Shown piece after piece: positions 47,341-59,002 of a DNA stretch of 64,000 nucleotides; position 1 is the stretch's first letter, and the number at the start of each line of letters is the position of its first letter. Source of the DNA: Octopus sinensis (Eukaryota); NCBI RefSeq assembly GCF_006345805.1, contig NC_043000.1:133982001-134046000 (forward strand), in the 5' to 3' direction. Position numbers and translations under genes: made by a program. Under the pieces are notes generated by a model. That model saw nothing but the letters and a program-made list of their open reading frames with translations, was not told where the DNA came from and did no database searches.

Positions 47341-47470
47341 CTGTCAGGACACTACATCCTTCAAAACTTTTGTGCTACCTGAAATTCGCCAACAGTACAC
47401 CTGATCTTCCTTGTTTTTTATGATTCATACACTGTTCTCTTTCCTGTCTTTTTGTGCATTATTTTACATA
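47330..47470 (+). mobile_element. CR1-type LINE 3' end fragment
   Basis: TTGTTAGCTGTCAGGACACTACATCCTTCAAAAC..GAAATTCGCCAACAGTACACCTGA, homologous to 27320-27400. Confidence 0.7.
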
Positions 47471-48619
47471 CTAAACATGCACTTCTTTGACAAAAACAAA
47501 ATTAAAAGGCCAAGGTTGAAACATTTTTGGATCATTGGTCTGCTCAATCAGTCTGATTTGGAACCAAACACCAACATTAACATGATTAAATTACCTTTAC
47601 ATAAACCAATAAGGAATTTTTACAAAATTATTTTGTCTGTAGATACTAAATCCTGTCAGCAACTCTTTAGTCTTTCAAATAAAAAGAACATGTTTTATAT
47701 ACTAGAATCTCATTGAAGTGCTTTATTCAATCTTCTATCACTGCACTATACACCTGCTCCAGCAGAACAACTGAGGTTAATTGGCAATTACATCTATCCA
47801 TATGTTCTTAAAATAGTTTAGAAACAATTCTCAAAAAGCATGTAACAAGTCAAATCTTTCTTTGATGTTAATATCTTATAATAGCATTGTATTTGTCATG
47901 CTAATTGTATCAGTCTTGTAATTTGAATAACCTTAAACTATGGAATGAAATTGGAGACATAATCAAAATATTTAACTCACTGAAACATTGGTATAAACAT
48001 CTATAAATTTATGCATCAAAATAGAAATAAAAACATTTATAATACATGGAACTTCCATGGGTTCCATTTGTTAAATATTATTTGTCTAAATTTGTCTCAA
48101 CACTCTGCTGTTTTAACTAAGGCAATGATAAATTAGATTGTGTAATTCTAGATACTTTTAGTAAAATGGTATAGTCATGGGCGAAATGCCTTTGATTATA
48201 GGTCTGGTCAATCAGAGTTGACCAAGGGTTAAACAACAACAAACTCCCATTGGATGCTACACCTCTCAGCTACCAACATCCTTTTCACAACACTGAATAC
48301 TACATCTCTCACCCATTAGCAGCTAATTACCTTTCTACAAAAATTAAGTACAACATACCTTCAACTAGCAGCAATTCAAAAAGCAATCTCTAAGAAACAG
48401 GAGTATGTCTTGGCTAATAATGAAAATGGAAAAATTTCTCAGTTAAAAAACAGAATAATTATGAATTAATCATTTATTACCATTTTATAATTGTTAGTTA
48501 AAATGTTATGGAAACACTCTAACTATGCTGTGATGGGGTGATGGTCATTCACTTAGAAGGGGAGAAAGGCTGCATGTTTGAGTGAGAGGTGAGACATTAA
48601 TAAACAACGGAACATATTT

Positions 48620-48845
48620 TGTAACACACTCACCGGTAAAATTTCCACTTATTTCTTATTTCTTACAGGAAAATAAAAATAAAAATAAAAATAGAAATAA
48701 GAAATAAGTGGAAATTTTACCGGTGAATGTGTTACATTATAAAGCACAAAAAGAAAATGACTCTCCCCAGACACAACAGAATATGCTTCAACACACGAAC
48801 TCATATAAAGAATCTTGCAAACCAAATCCAAAAACGAAATATTTT
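48620..48845 (+). mobile_element. PLE-like terminal repeat preceded by an inverted partial copy
   Basis: 43-bp arms 48620-48662 / 48694-48736; body shared with 53860-54100. Confidence 0.6.
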
Positions 48846-49139
48846 GTAAAAGTTACATAAAATCAAACCATTAAAGGCTGAAGAAGAATTAGATTTTCTT
48901 GAAGTGCAACATATATACGTGAGAGATTCATTTTGAGTATGATATCATGACAGATGGAAAATATTATATGTGAAATGGAATATTCAAGTTATATAGAAAT
49001 GAAGAAGATTCATGACAGAAAGAAACATAATTTGGAATTTCAATGCTTCTATATTAGAAGAATCCGAGTTAAGTAATGCAAGATATTTAAGTGGGTGAAA
49101 TTATTATTTTAATCCTTCTAATATTAAAAAAGCTAAAGT

Positions 49140-49202
49140 ATGAACAAATCATCATTACTATCATTATCATCATCATCATCATCATCATCATCGTCGTCGT
49201 CG

Positions 49203-49233
<31 letters not shown>

Positions 49234-49450
49234 TATCATCACTTTAGTGTCCTCATTTCCATGCTTGCATGGATCAGACAGAATTTGTTGAGGCTGATAT
49301 TCTAAGGCCAGTGTGGACCCTCACCTGTTGCCAAACCTCATCTCTTTGCAAGTGAGATCATTTCCCCGCCCTTAACCAAGCATGTTTTCACAGAAAATTG
49401 GAAATGAAGAACCCTGCTTGCATGACAGTGACACTTACTTACTACTATCA
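49140..49450 (-). mobile_element. RTE-type 3' end (different subfamily) with expanded (ATC)n tail
   Basis: CTTTAGTGTCCTCATTTCCATGCTTGCATGG..; homologous remnant at ~61870-62045. Confidence 0.65.
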
Positions 49451-49454
49451 CATG

Positions 49455-49498
<44 letters not shown>

Positions 49499-49558
49499 TG
49501 TGTGTGTGTATTTGTGTGTTTATGTGTGTGTGTGTGTGTGTGTGTGTATTTGTGTGTT

Positions 49559-49599
<41 letters not shown>

Positions 49600-49609
49600 A
49601 TTTGTGTGT

Positions 49610-49651
<42 letters not shown>

Positions 49652-49685
49652 CATACATATATACTTATATACATATTTATATATA
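49455..49685. repeat. (GT)n/(TA)n compound microsatellite
   Basis: Directly visible. Confidence 0.95.
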
Positions 49686-49769
49686 TGCTCCACAAGTTGG
49701 ACTGAAACATAGGACTTTTGCAGAACTCAGTGGTGGATGGCAAAGATTTTATAATTGTGGTTGGTGATT

Positions 49770-50560
49770 TCAATGAAGGAACAAAGCTACTGGAGTTCTG
49801 TGATCTGCAACACTAACTTCATGAAACCTATCAGCCATTTGATCACCAATGAATCTGATTTGTGCACCAGTCAGATTGACTACATTCTCACCAGAAAATC
49901 AGATAAGCAGACACTTATGAATGCAAAGTCCTTTCTTGATTAAGAATATGCTACCCAGCATATGTTAGTTGTTAATGTATTTAATCTTAGAACTAGAAGA
50001 TCTCAAAAACACAAACCAATCTGGTAAAGGAAGATCCTGAAACTTTGGGATCTTTCTAACAGTCAGAGATTTAGAGACATGCTAATTAAAGCATTTTGGC
50101 AAAAAGAAGGAAGAGATAGGTGCATATAGAGGACGTTGGAAGTTCTTACAAAACTAACCTACTGAAGGTTGAAAACCAAATCTGTGGCTGGTACAAAATT
50201 CCAGCCAGAACAAGGGTAATGTTGTGGTTGAACAAGGAAGTAGGTGGAGCCATAAAAGCAATGAGACAGGCTTGGAAGGTTTGGAAGAATGGGATCAGCA
50301 GAGAACTTTACCATGTAGCTGGAAAAGAAGCTAAGAGATTGGTCTCTTTAGTAAGGAGAAAAGGAGAAAAGAGGAGGTTTGCCAATATTCTACAGCATGA
50401 GAACCAAAAGTAGGGGGGGGGAGTTTGTTTCAGATTGCAAGGTAGTGTATTAGAAAAAAATTGAGAGTTGTGGGAGAGAAGTGTAAGTGAAATGATAATG
50501 GCACACCTGCACTTAATGATTCTATAAAGACAGAGGCATGGAAATGCTATTATGAAAGGC
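49770..50560 (+). mobile_element. Decayed RTE endonuclease and linker fragment
   Basis: ICNTNFMKPISHLIT..SQIDYILTRK (APE motif); WWLNKEV-like, AMRQAWKVWKNG, VFQIAR-like pieces. Confidence 0.75.
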
Positions 50561-50637
50561 TGCTAAGAGTTTGAATTCTGCTGTGGTTGACTTTTGGGAT
50601 CAATACAATAAGTACCAGTTGAACACTGGGGTCAATG

Positions 50638-50800
50638 TCATCATCATCATCATCATCGTTTAACGTCCGTTCTCCATGCTAGCATGGGTTGGACGGTTCA
50701 ACCGGGGATCTGGGAAGCCAGAAGGCTGCACCAGACTCCAGTCTGATATGGCAGTGTTTCTACAGCTGGATGCCCTTCCTAACGCCAACCACTCTGTGAG
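50638..50800 (-). mobile_element. RTE 3' end inserted in a SINE B remnant
   Basis: (CAT)n tail and standard terminal sequence; SINE B flanks on both sides. Confidence 0.88.
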
Positions 50801-51117
50801 TGTAATTAACTAATTTCCTCTCTCCAAAATTTTTGGCTTTGTGCCTATATTAAAAAAGATTATGAAAGGCTACTGAATGTGGTAAATGAATGGGAGAATG
50901 AGAATCTTCCTAATGTGAACTTAGAGGGTTCAAACAGCTTTGTAAGTAGATTTGGTAGACAGAAATTGAAAGAGGCTCATCATGTGTGTGTGTGTGTGTG
51001 CGCATGCGCGTGTACAGATGTGTGTGTGTCTATCTAGTTGTGTTTATCCCCCATTGCTGCTTGACAACCATTATTTGTGTGCTTTTTCATTCCCATAACT
51101 TAGCTGCTGTTGATAGA

Positions 51118-51366
51118 TAGGAGAGTCCAGTTTGCTGGACATTGTTGTAGAGCTGAAAAAGAGGTAATTTCTACTCTTCTCCTCTGGAAGCCATCTACTC
51201 GCAATACCAGAGGGCGCACACTCTCCTACCCTGATGTAATCTCCAGGGATACAGGCATCCAGCAACAGGACCTCCATAATGCCATGATGGACCGTGAAGT
51301 CTGGTGTAGCATGGTAAATTCCATTGTCTCGACCACAGTCGAACAATGATGATGATGATGATGATG
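51118..51366 (+). mobile_element. 3' end of a third RTE-like LINE family with (TGA)n tail
   Basis: Open frame RRVQFAGHCCRAEKEVISTLLLWKPS..RGRTLSYPDVISRDTG..AMMDREVW ending at the TGA tail. Confidence 0.85.
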
Positions 51367-51374
51367 CTTTTGAT

Positions 51375-52032
51375 AGCAAAAGGCGTCTCACTTGGAATGG
51401 AAGGCAGATTGTATATGAGCAGCAATGCTAAATGGTTGTGAAACTTGGGCTGTGAAAGCAGAGGACGTGTGAAGACTAGAAAGAAATGAAACTAGTATGT
51501 TCTGATCAGTGTATAATGACAGTGTGCATGCACAACAAATTACAAATGTACTGAGAGAAAAACTGAACATTAAGAGGTATCAGGTGTGGTGTTCAGGAGA
51601 GAAGATTGTGCTGGTATGGTCATGTAATGTTGAAGGATGAGGACAGCTGTATAAAGAAGTGCCAATTGCTAAATGTAGAAGGAGCCTGGGGAAAAGGAAG
51701 ACCTTGCAAGATACGATGCAAAGTGATGAAGACTGACCTCAAGATGTCAATATGCTGTGCTTCTGAAGATCTGTCCTTTGCAGTAGAATTGAGGTTCTAT
51801 CAAGCCCACCCCAACAACTTATTTTCTAACACCTATTCTTTCATCAATCTTCTGTGTTACCCCTTTCCTCCCTTCTGCTGAACTGATTTCCTCTATGTCT
51901 AACTCATTCCCTATTTCTCATTGTCTGTCACACTATTCTCACTCACTGCATTTACCTACTCATCCACCTTTTCTGTTCCTCTATCCCATTCTGTTTCTCA
52001 TAAACACTTTGTACTCTGATCTCACACACACA

Positions 52033-52107
<75 letters not shown>

Positions 52108-52480
52108 TTCCCTCTTCCTCTCTCCCCATATGGGCTAGCTATTTATTTACCTCTCCAGCAAGACACTTGCTCTTGTCCCTCTATCCTTGTTTCTTATCCT
52201 TAATTCTAAACCCCACTCAGTTGATGGGTCTTATTTTGAGGGTACTTGGTGACCTCAACACTGCTGGTTCTACATTAAAAACACCCAGTACACTTTGTAA
52301 AATAGTTGGTGTTAAGGAGGACATCCAGCTGTAGAAGCCATGCCAAAGCAGACACTGGAATTTGGTGCAATCCACTGACTTGTCTGTTCATGTTGAACAA
52401 TCCAGCTCATGCCAGTATGGAAACAGAGGTGTTAAATGGTGATGATGATGATAATGATGATAATGATGATAATGATGATA
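51375..52480 (+). mobile_element. Old RTE ORF2 C-terminus plus pyrimidine-rich 3' UTR and GAT tail
   Basis: GCETWAVKAEDV.., WYGHVMLKDEDSCIKKC..GKGRP.., then (CT)n and the standard 3' end. Confidence 0.8.
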
Positions 52481-53177
52481 TACAATGAGATTCTTTCAGT
52501 TTCCACAACTAAATCCACTAACAAGACTTTGGTCAGCCTAGGGCTATAGTAGAAGTCAAATGCTCAAGGTGCCATGCAGTAGGACTGAACCTCAAACCAA
52601 CTGGTTGCAATGCAAACTTCTTAACCACACAATTATGTCTGTACCTATAACCACACCTGCACTCACACCACACTTGTACCTATTGAATGTTGAAAATAAT
52701 AATAATAATAATAATTTTAGTTTGTGCCTAATATTTTTTAATCTTCAGCAATTATGGAAAACAGGTTCAAACAAGCCACTTATTTGGAATCTTCAGTAGA
52801 AGTATAATCCAGTTGTGGCCATCAAGCTGATAATGATTGAACCACCAAGTAAATACACAGAACTGTACATTTGTTTATGGAGATAAAGAGTATTCTTTAA
52901 AACTTAATTCTCTGACACCATTTATGTGAAGTGACAAAAGCATGAATAGTGAGACAGACTTAAACAATCATGGGTGTGGAAACGTTCTGGTGATTGAGTC
53001 AACTGCTGGTTTATTCATTCATTATTGGATTCCCTTTGTTGTCTGAGTTATTTCAGAAGTAACACAAAGAATATAGAGGACGGCATAAAATATAAATATA
53101 ATATAAAGTCTTGTGTAGATCTTTAAAGAAGCGATTGTGAATAAAATATTATATTTGTTTCCCACTGTCGTTTATAG

Positions 53178-53292
53178 GATTTAACGGCTCACTGCTTCAA
53201 ATCTCTTATAGTCAATTGTCATGTTCTTCAAGGAAAAACACGTTTACTCTGCTTGTGTCTAGTTGATACCAGGTTGACACTAAGTACAGCAG
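53178..53292 (+). other. Candidate 115-nt spliced exon (unidentified)
   Basis: Acceptor TTTGTTTCCCACTGTCGTTTATAG and donor CAG|GTGAGT; one frame open throughout (DLTAHCFKSLIVNCHVLQGKTRLLCLCLVDTRLTLSTA); not in a repeat I recognise. Confidence 0.35.
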
Positions 53293-53357
53293 GTGAGTGT
53301 TTAGCAGCAAGAAGTGCCTTCATTTATAAAAGGTATAAAAGGTATTATAAGTATTTT

Positions 53358-53590
53358 AAGGCGGCGAGATGGCAGAAACGTTAGCACGCTGGGCGAAATG
53401 CCTAGCCGTATTTCGTCTGCCGCTATGTTCTGAGTTCAAATTCCGCCGAGGTCAACTTTGTCTTTCATCCTTTCGGGGTCGATAAATTAAGTACCAGTTA
53501 CGCACTGGGGTCGATGTAATCGACTTAATCCCTTTGTCTGTCCTTGTTTGTCCCCTCTATGTTTAGCCCCTCGTTGGTAGTAAAGAAATA
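53358..53590 (+). mobile_element. Young SINE type B
   Basis: CpG-rich AAGGCGGCGAGATGGCAGAAACGTTAGCACG..GTTCTGAGTTCAAATTCCGCCGAGG..; ends TAAAGAAATAGGTAT. Confidence 0.92.
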
Positions 53591-53859
53591 GGTATAATAA
53601 CTTTTTTTTTTTTAAACTATCACATCAATTAATGTCTTAAGGTATAGATAAACTAGTCAGTTGCACAGGTCAAGAGGGCCCAGTGCTAATCTAAGAAGGG
53701 CGTATATTTAGGGTGTTCTGCACATTACTTAGCCTAGAGGCCTATGATGCTGCTATGATGGCCCTGATCACACCAAGACAAGTATGTAAAAAATTAGAGT
53801 GAATCAGTATTTGAAAATATGTGTTTATTGTTTAAATATTTTCCCTTAATAACATATTT

Positions 53860-54102
53860 CTATATTTCGTTTCTGGATTTGGTTAGCAAGATTCTTTATA
53901 TGAGTTCATGTGTTGAAGCATATTCTGTTGTGTCTGGGGAGAGTCATCTTCTTTTTGTGTCTTATAAGACTATTGAAAGGGTTACAAGATGCAATGAAAA
54001 TTTTAGGAAAATAAAAATAAGAAATAAGTGGAAATTTTACCGGTGAGTGTGTTAAATTATAAGGCACAAAAAGAAGATGACTCTCTCCAGACACAACAGA
54101 AC
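53860..54102. mobile_element. PLE-like terminal repeat in inverted arrangement (same family as 48620)
   Basis: TCTGTTGTGTCTGGGGAGAGTCATCTTCTTTTTGTGTCTTATAA versus TTATAAGGCACAAAAAGAAGATGACTCTCTCCAGACACAACAGA. Confidence 0.6.
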
Positions 54103-54739
54103 ATATTTCTAATTTCATTGAAACTGATTAAAGAATGTTTTAAAGTATGGTTTAGTACATGTGTAAATGCCGAAATCTATTTTAATAAACATATAAGTGT
54201 GGAAGGCTAGTTTAACACATGTGTAAGTGCAGTATGGTTTTAATACACGTGTAAGTACTGAAGAGTTAATAAACATGTAACCACTCCTATCATTCCTGAA
54301 CGGCCCCTGTCTTTCCTGAAACACACCTATATTTCCTGAACCACCTATCCACTCCTTTCTGCCAAAAGAAACAAGAATCTATATGACTTTCTGGTTAGAA
54401 GGACCCTTGTCTTTAGTTGCATCAACCTGAAATCTCCACTTCTTTCTATCCCCAGTGACATACTTGACCCTTCATCTGCCAAACCACACAGCTACTAGGC
54501 TCTAAACTCACATTCAATGGCACCAACCAATTTATTGGCAACTTTTCATATTTAATATGCTGCTTAGTATACAAAGACTGCTTATGCTTATGCATTGCAA
54601 ATATGCAAGACAGTGCACCACTTGGATTACTGGTTCTTTCATGAACATTACAATGTTCATAACAATACCCATGGAGTCCTCAGACTTGTAATCTGCCTCC
54701 AGCTACTTCACTGATGACCACATGAGTTGTAGTGTTCAA

Positions 54740-55316
54740 AATGGCTCAACTCATTACTTTGATGATGGGTATAATTCATATTTCAATACAAATAAGTAGT
54801 GATGCAACAATTCATGTGCATATTGCCAGGATGGTAACGCTGTGCAGGCAAATAGCTCGATGGATCCTTATATCATTCAGAACCAGAAATAAGGTTACCT
54901 TGCTACTCTTATGGAGGACATTTGTCCACAGTCATCTGGATTACTACTTCCAACTATGGTCACCACAGAGCATCAAATTTATGGCAGAATTTGAGGCAAT
55001 CCAGCATCACTACATAAAGAAGATTGGCTCAGTAAAACAGATGAACTGCTGGGAGAGACTACAAGAATTGAAGCTCTACTTCCTGGAGAGAAGGTGAAAA
55101 AGGTATGCAGTGATATATATATATATATGGAAGATCCTGGATGGTCTAGCTCCCAGCTTTGGAATTAAAAGCTATACCAACCACCAAACTGGATGGCATT
55201 GCATACTACTAAAGATACCATCTTCTTCATCTGAGATAAGGACCCAGTATTGCGACAGCTTGGGTTTTAGGGGACCACAACTGTTTAACATCCTGCCAAG
55301 GAACCTAAAAGACCCA
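54740..55316 (+). mobile_element. CR1-clade LINE ORF2 C-terminal fragment
   Basis: LLWRTFVHSHLDYYFQLWSP..WERLQELKLY.LERR..YAVIYIWKILDGLAP..GFRGPQLFNILPRNL. Confidence 0.9.
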
Positions 55317-55755
55317 GGGAGACATGAGATGAAGTGGTGAAGCATGATCTTTGAATTTTGGGCCTCACAGTAGCAATGACTATTGACTGAGACCTTTGGC
55401 AATATGCTGTGCTTGAGAAAATCCATCAAGCCAAGTGAAATTGTAGTCGTGACCAATGCTGGTGTCACGCAACTGGCACCTATGCCAGTGGCATGTAAAA
55501 AGCACTTTTTGAATGTTGGCCCTCTCAGAGGCAAAGTGGCTGAGCTCCTTTCGAGTGTTGGGCCTCATGGAGGCAATGACTGACACCTTTGGCATTATGT
55601 TGTGCTTGAGAAGAAGACCCATCAAGCCGAGCAAAATTGCAGTCATGGCAAATACTGGTGTCAGGCAAATGGTACCTATGCTGGTAGCATGTAAAAGCAC
55701 CCATTACACTCTTGGAGTTGTTGGTGTTAGGAAGTGTATCCAGCTGTAGAAACCA
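55317..55755 (+). mobile_element. RTE ORF end plus 3' UTR joined directly to the CR1 fragment
   Basis: CCCAGGGAGACATGAGATGAAGTGGTGAAGCATGATCTT (RPRKTWDEVVKHDL homologue); internal duplication ~55380/55575. Confidence 0.85.
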
Positions 55756-55789
55756 TGTATGTATGTATGTATTTATGTATGTATGTATG

Positions 55790-56035
55790 TGCATATATTC
55801 ATGCGTGTGTGTCTGTGTTTGCCCCCCTCCCCCACCATCACTTGACAACCAATGCTCGTGTATTTATGTCCCTGCAACTCTTAGCAGCTTGGCAAATGAG
55901 ACCAATAGAATAAGCACTAGGCTTACCAAAAAAAGGTCCTTGTGTTGATTTCTTCGACTATAACCCTTTAAGGCAGTACGCCAGTATGATCGCGTTCAAA
56001 CACTTGAAACAAGTAAAAGAATAAAAGAATAAAGA
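55790..56035 (+). mobile_element. SINE type A 3' half
   Basis: CATCACTTGACAACCAATGC..AATAGAATAAGCACTAGGCTT..TGAAACAAGTAAAAGAATAAAAG. Confidence 0.8.
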
Positions 56036-56162
56036 TATAAATTAATATAAATAATACAAAATAATTGCAAAATAAATAATTACAAAATAACTTAATATAA
56101 ATAATACAAAATGGCTGATCGTTAGTAAGAAGAGACACACAAATAAGAAAGAAGAAAGCAAA

Positions 56163-56211
56163 GGACTGCTGATGAGGTCACAGAAGTGTGACGAAAGAAC
56201 TCTGACCGAAA
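56163..56211 (+). ncRNA. Hammerhead-ribozyme-like motif, probably at a PLE terminal repeat
   Basis: CTGATGA (56169-56175), G, GTCACA-GAAG-TGTGAC (6-bp stem II), GAAA (56193-56196); AATAAA about 35 nt downstream; stem I/III pairing is poor. Confidence 0.6.
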
Positions 56212-56737
56212 TAAGATTAATGTATAAAATGGAATAAAGCTGAAGCAAATTAACACCAAATATATAGTGCTTGTATTTTTATTGGCTAAACTGGCAGCAT
56301 GACCATCCCTAAATGCAAGAATAATATAAATAATATTTCTTTTTAGTTTCTTTGTATTGAGAAGATATAAAACAATAAATGAAATATAATATATAGGTTT
56401 AGTTTAGAAAATGTAGTTGTTTGAGAAATTAATATCATAAAACTACTACAAGTATTAAAACTAGGAAGCATATTAATATACTCACACATGCGTTAATTTA
56501 CACATACTTACATGCAAATGTACCAAGACAGATCAAACAGTTACTTCAATAGAGATTAGTGTTAAAATGTCAGTACAACAACTCAGACTAAACAATAGGA
56601 TGACAGGAATTATAGAGGTACACAGTTAAATCATACCAATAGCAGACAGATTTATCAAAATAACTTCCAGCAGCTTTAAATTGCAATAATTATTTCATGT
56701 AGTTTGTCCTTTAACCTATTACTCTATTTGGATCAAA

Positions 56738-56739
<2 letters not shown>

Positions 56740-56814
<75 letters not shown>

Positions 56815-56835
56815 GCTGTTGTTGTTGTTACTACT
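56740..56835. repeat. (TTA)n/(TTG)n microsatellite
   Basis: Directly visible. Confidence 0.95.
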
Positions 56836-57082
56836 GAAAGCATTTGCACAAGATGATTTCTATGACCTAGTTTCACTTTTAGGTTAAACACCTGAGAGAA
56901 ACAAGAATGTCAAACAATTTCATTGCTCTTTTCCCAAAAATTTAACACACTGCACATAGAAAAGAAGTTACAGTTATTATTACGGTAAAGTAATGGCTAG
57001 TATATTTGATGTAGCAAGCTAAGACATTTTAATTAATTAAAGTTACCCTCTTATTGATGAGTCCATTCATTTTATAAATGAA

Positions 57083-57272
57083 CATCATCATCATCATCAT
57101 CATCGTTTAACGTCCGTTCTCCATGCTAGCATGGGTTGGACAGTTCGACCGGGGATCTGGGAAGCCAGAAGGCTGCACCAGGCTCCAGTCTTATCTGGCA
57201 ATGTTTCTACAGCTGGATGCCCTTCCTAACGCCAACCACTCCGTGAGTGTAGTGGGTGCTTTTTACGTGCCG
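57083..57272 (-). mobile_element. Young RTE 3' end, 5'-truncated
   Basis: Nearly identical to 36567-36755. Confidence 0.92.
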
Positions 57273-57326
57273 ATAAATCAAAAAAAAAATATAGGGAATA
57301 ACTCTGCAGTTTGCATTTAATTAAAA

Positions 57327-57705
57327 CTAGCAGTATTGCCCGGCGTTGCTTGGGTTTGTTTTGACCCTTTAGAATTGGAATTTTTGAAAAGTGAAAATTT
57401 TGCATTATGTAGCTTGTTATTCTCTTTAAGTGAACATTTTTCTGGTTGAAATACACCAAAAAATGGTGACACAGCAGTCAAAAAATCGTAAAAAATAGGG
57501 ATTTTCATAGAAAAAAAGCACCTTTTGATGTAAATAATTTTTGGTGTTAACATGGTCCGATTTGAATGTTTTCTTCTACGGAAGCCTTCTTCTATCATAC
57601 TCTCAATTTTGGTCAACTTGCTCTGCAGGGTCTCAGAGGAGATAGTGTTATTTGAAGGCTACCAAACCTGCCATACACAGACAACTTCAGCTTTATATAT
57701 ATAGA
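57327..57705 (-). mobile_element. Non-autonomous Helitron-like element
   Basis: Minus strand starts TCTATATATATAAAGCTGAAG and ends with hairpin CCCAAGCAACGCCGGG followed by CTGCTAG. Confidence 0.8.
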
Positions 57706-58099
57706 TTAACAATTCTTTCAAATATAGGCATAAGGCCTGAAATTTTGGGGGAAGGGCCAGTCGATTACATCAACTCCAGTGCTCAACAGATATTTATTTT
57801 TATCAACGCTGAAAGGGTGCAAAGCAAAGTCAACCTCCGCAGTATCTGTTCATCATGTTCAGCATTTTGTTCATCATGCTAACGATTTTGTAATAATGAG
57901 TTTATTGTATGCAATGCTCAAGTGCATACACTACAACAGGGTAAAAGAGGGGGCAGAAAGAAGCAGTAAATCAAGTATAGAAAGACAGCAATGAAAGCCA
58001 TGCACAAGTGCACAGAATAAAATTAAAAAAAAGATAGAAATGTGAACAAAGTGGAGAGGGTTTTATGCTTCTCAAAATTGGCCAACATTACTCCTGATA

Positions 58100-58620
58100 C
58101 ATTATTTACATTATTTACATTCGATGTCCTCACTGTGTTTGCTTTTAACACAACATTTCAGCTGATATACCCTCCAGGCTTCTTCAGGTGTCTTAGGGAA
58201 ATTTCGAACCTGGGTTCTCATTCCTAAGGTATTTTTCGATAAACAAAATGTCGTCTCTGAAGGAAAAGGTACAAAGGGACAACTATGGTAACTCACCAAC
58301 GAAGCAGTTGTTTCGTTCCAACACTCACACTAACCCACTTTCTTTACTCTGTAAAATTACCACATCTCTCGATATATACTACTATGAGAACATGTACACA
58401 CATACCGGCCAAAATTAACTCTTTTTACCTCGCATACTTTTCCATTTACTAATTATACATACCAACCCATCATGGTTTTGGATATATACAAAGTAATGGT
58501 AAATAAATATTTCTTTACAACTTCGGTCACTGTTCTTCCATTTTACATACTGGCAACCAACACCTTAACAACAACCATTATAATTGGTGACCCTTGACTG
58601 CAACGAAGAACCAATCGTTA
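58100..58620 (-). mobile_element. PLE-like 3' region and terminal repeat
   Basis: Contains a hammerhead-like motif at 58147-58194; composition similar to 59590-59920. Confidence 0.5.
58147..58194 (-). ncRNA. Degenerate minimal type-I hammerhead-like motif
   Basis: ACAC-CTGAAGA-AGCCTG..CAGCT-GAAA-TGTT-GTGT: stem I ACAC/GTGT, intact CUGANGA and GAAA, weakened stem II. Confidence 0.55.
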
Positions 58621-59002
58621 CATATATATATATACATATATATATATATAAATGTGTGTATGTGTGTGCAAGAGAGAGAGAGAGAGTGTGTGTATCTACT
58701 CATCTGTCTATTACATGTATATAACTGGCACTCCTTCAGTTATGACAACAAATGTCACAGTTGATCTGATCAACAGAACGGCTTGCTGGTGAAATTAATA
58801 CACAAGTGGCAACACGCATACCCTTAACGTAGTTCTTTCTCAGGGACATTCAGCATGACACAAAGTGTGTCATGGCTGGCTCTTTGAAATACAGCTAAGA
58901 GGACTGGAGCAACATGAAATAAAGTGTCTTGTGCAGGACACAATGCACTGTTGGGTATACAACTCACAATCTTCTCATGTGTGTATGTGTGTGTGTGTGT
59001 GT

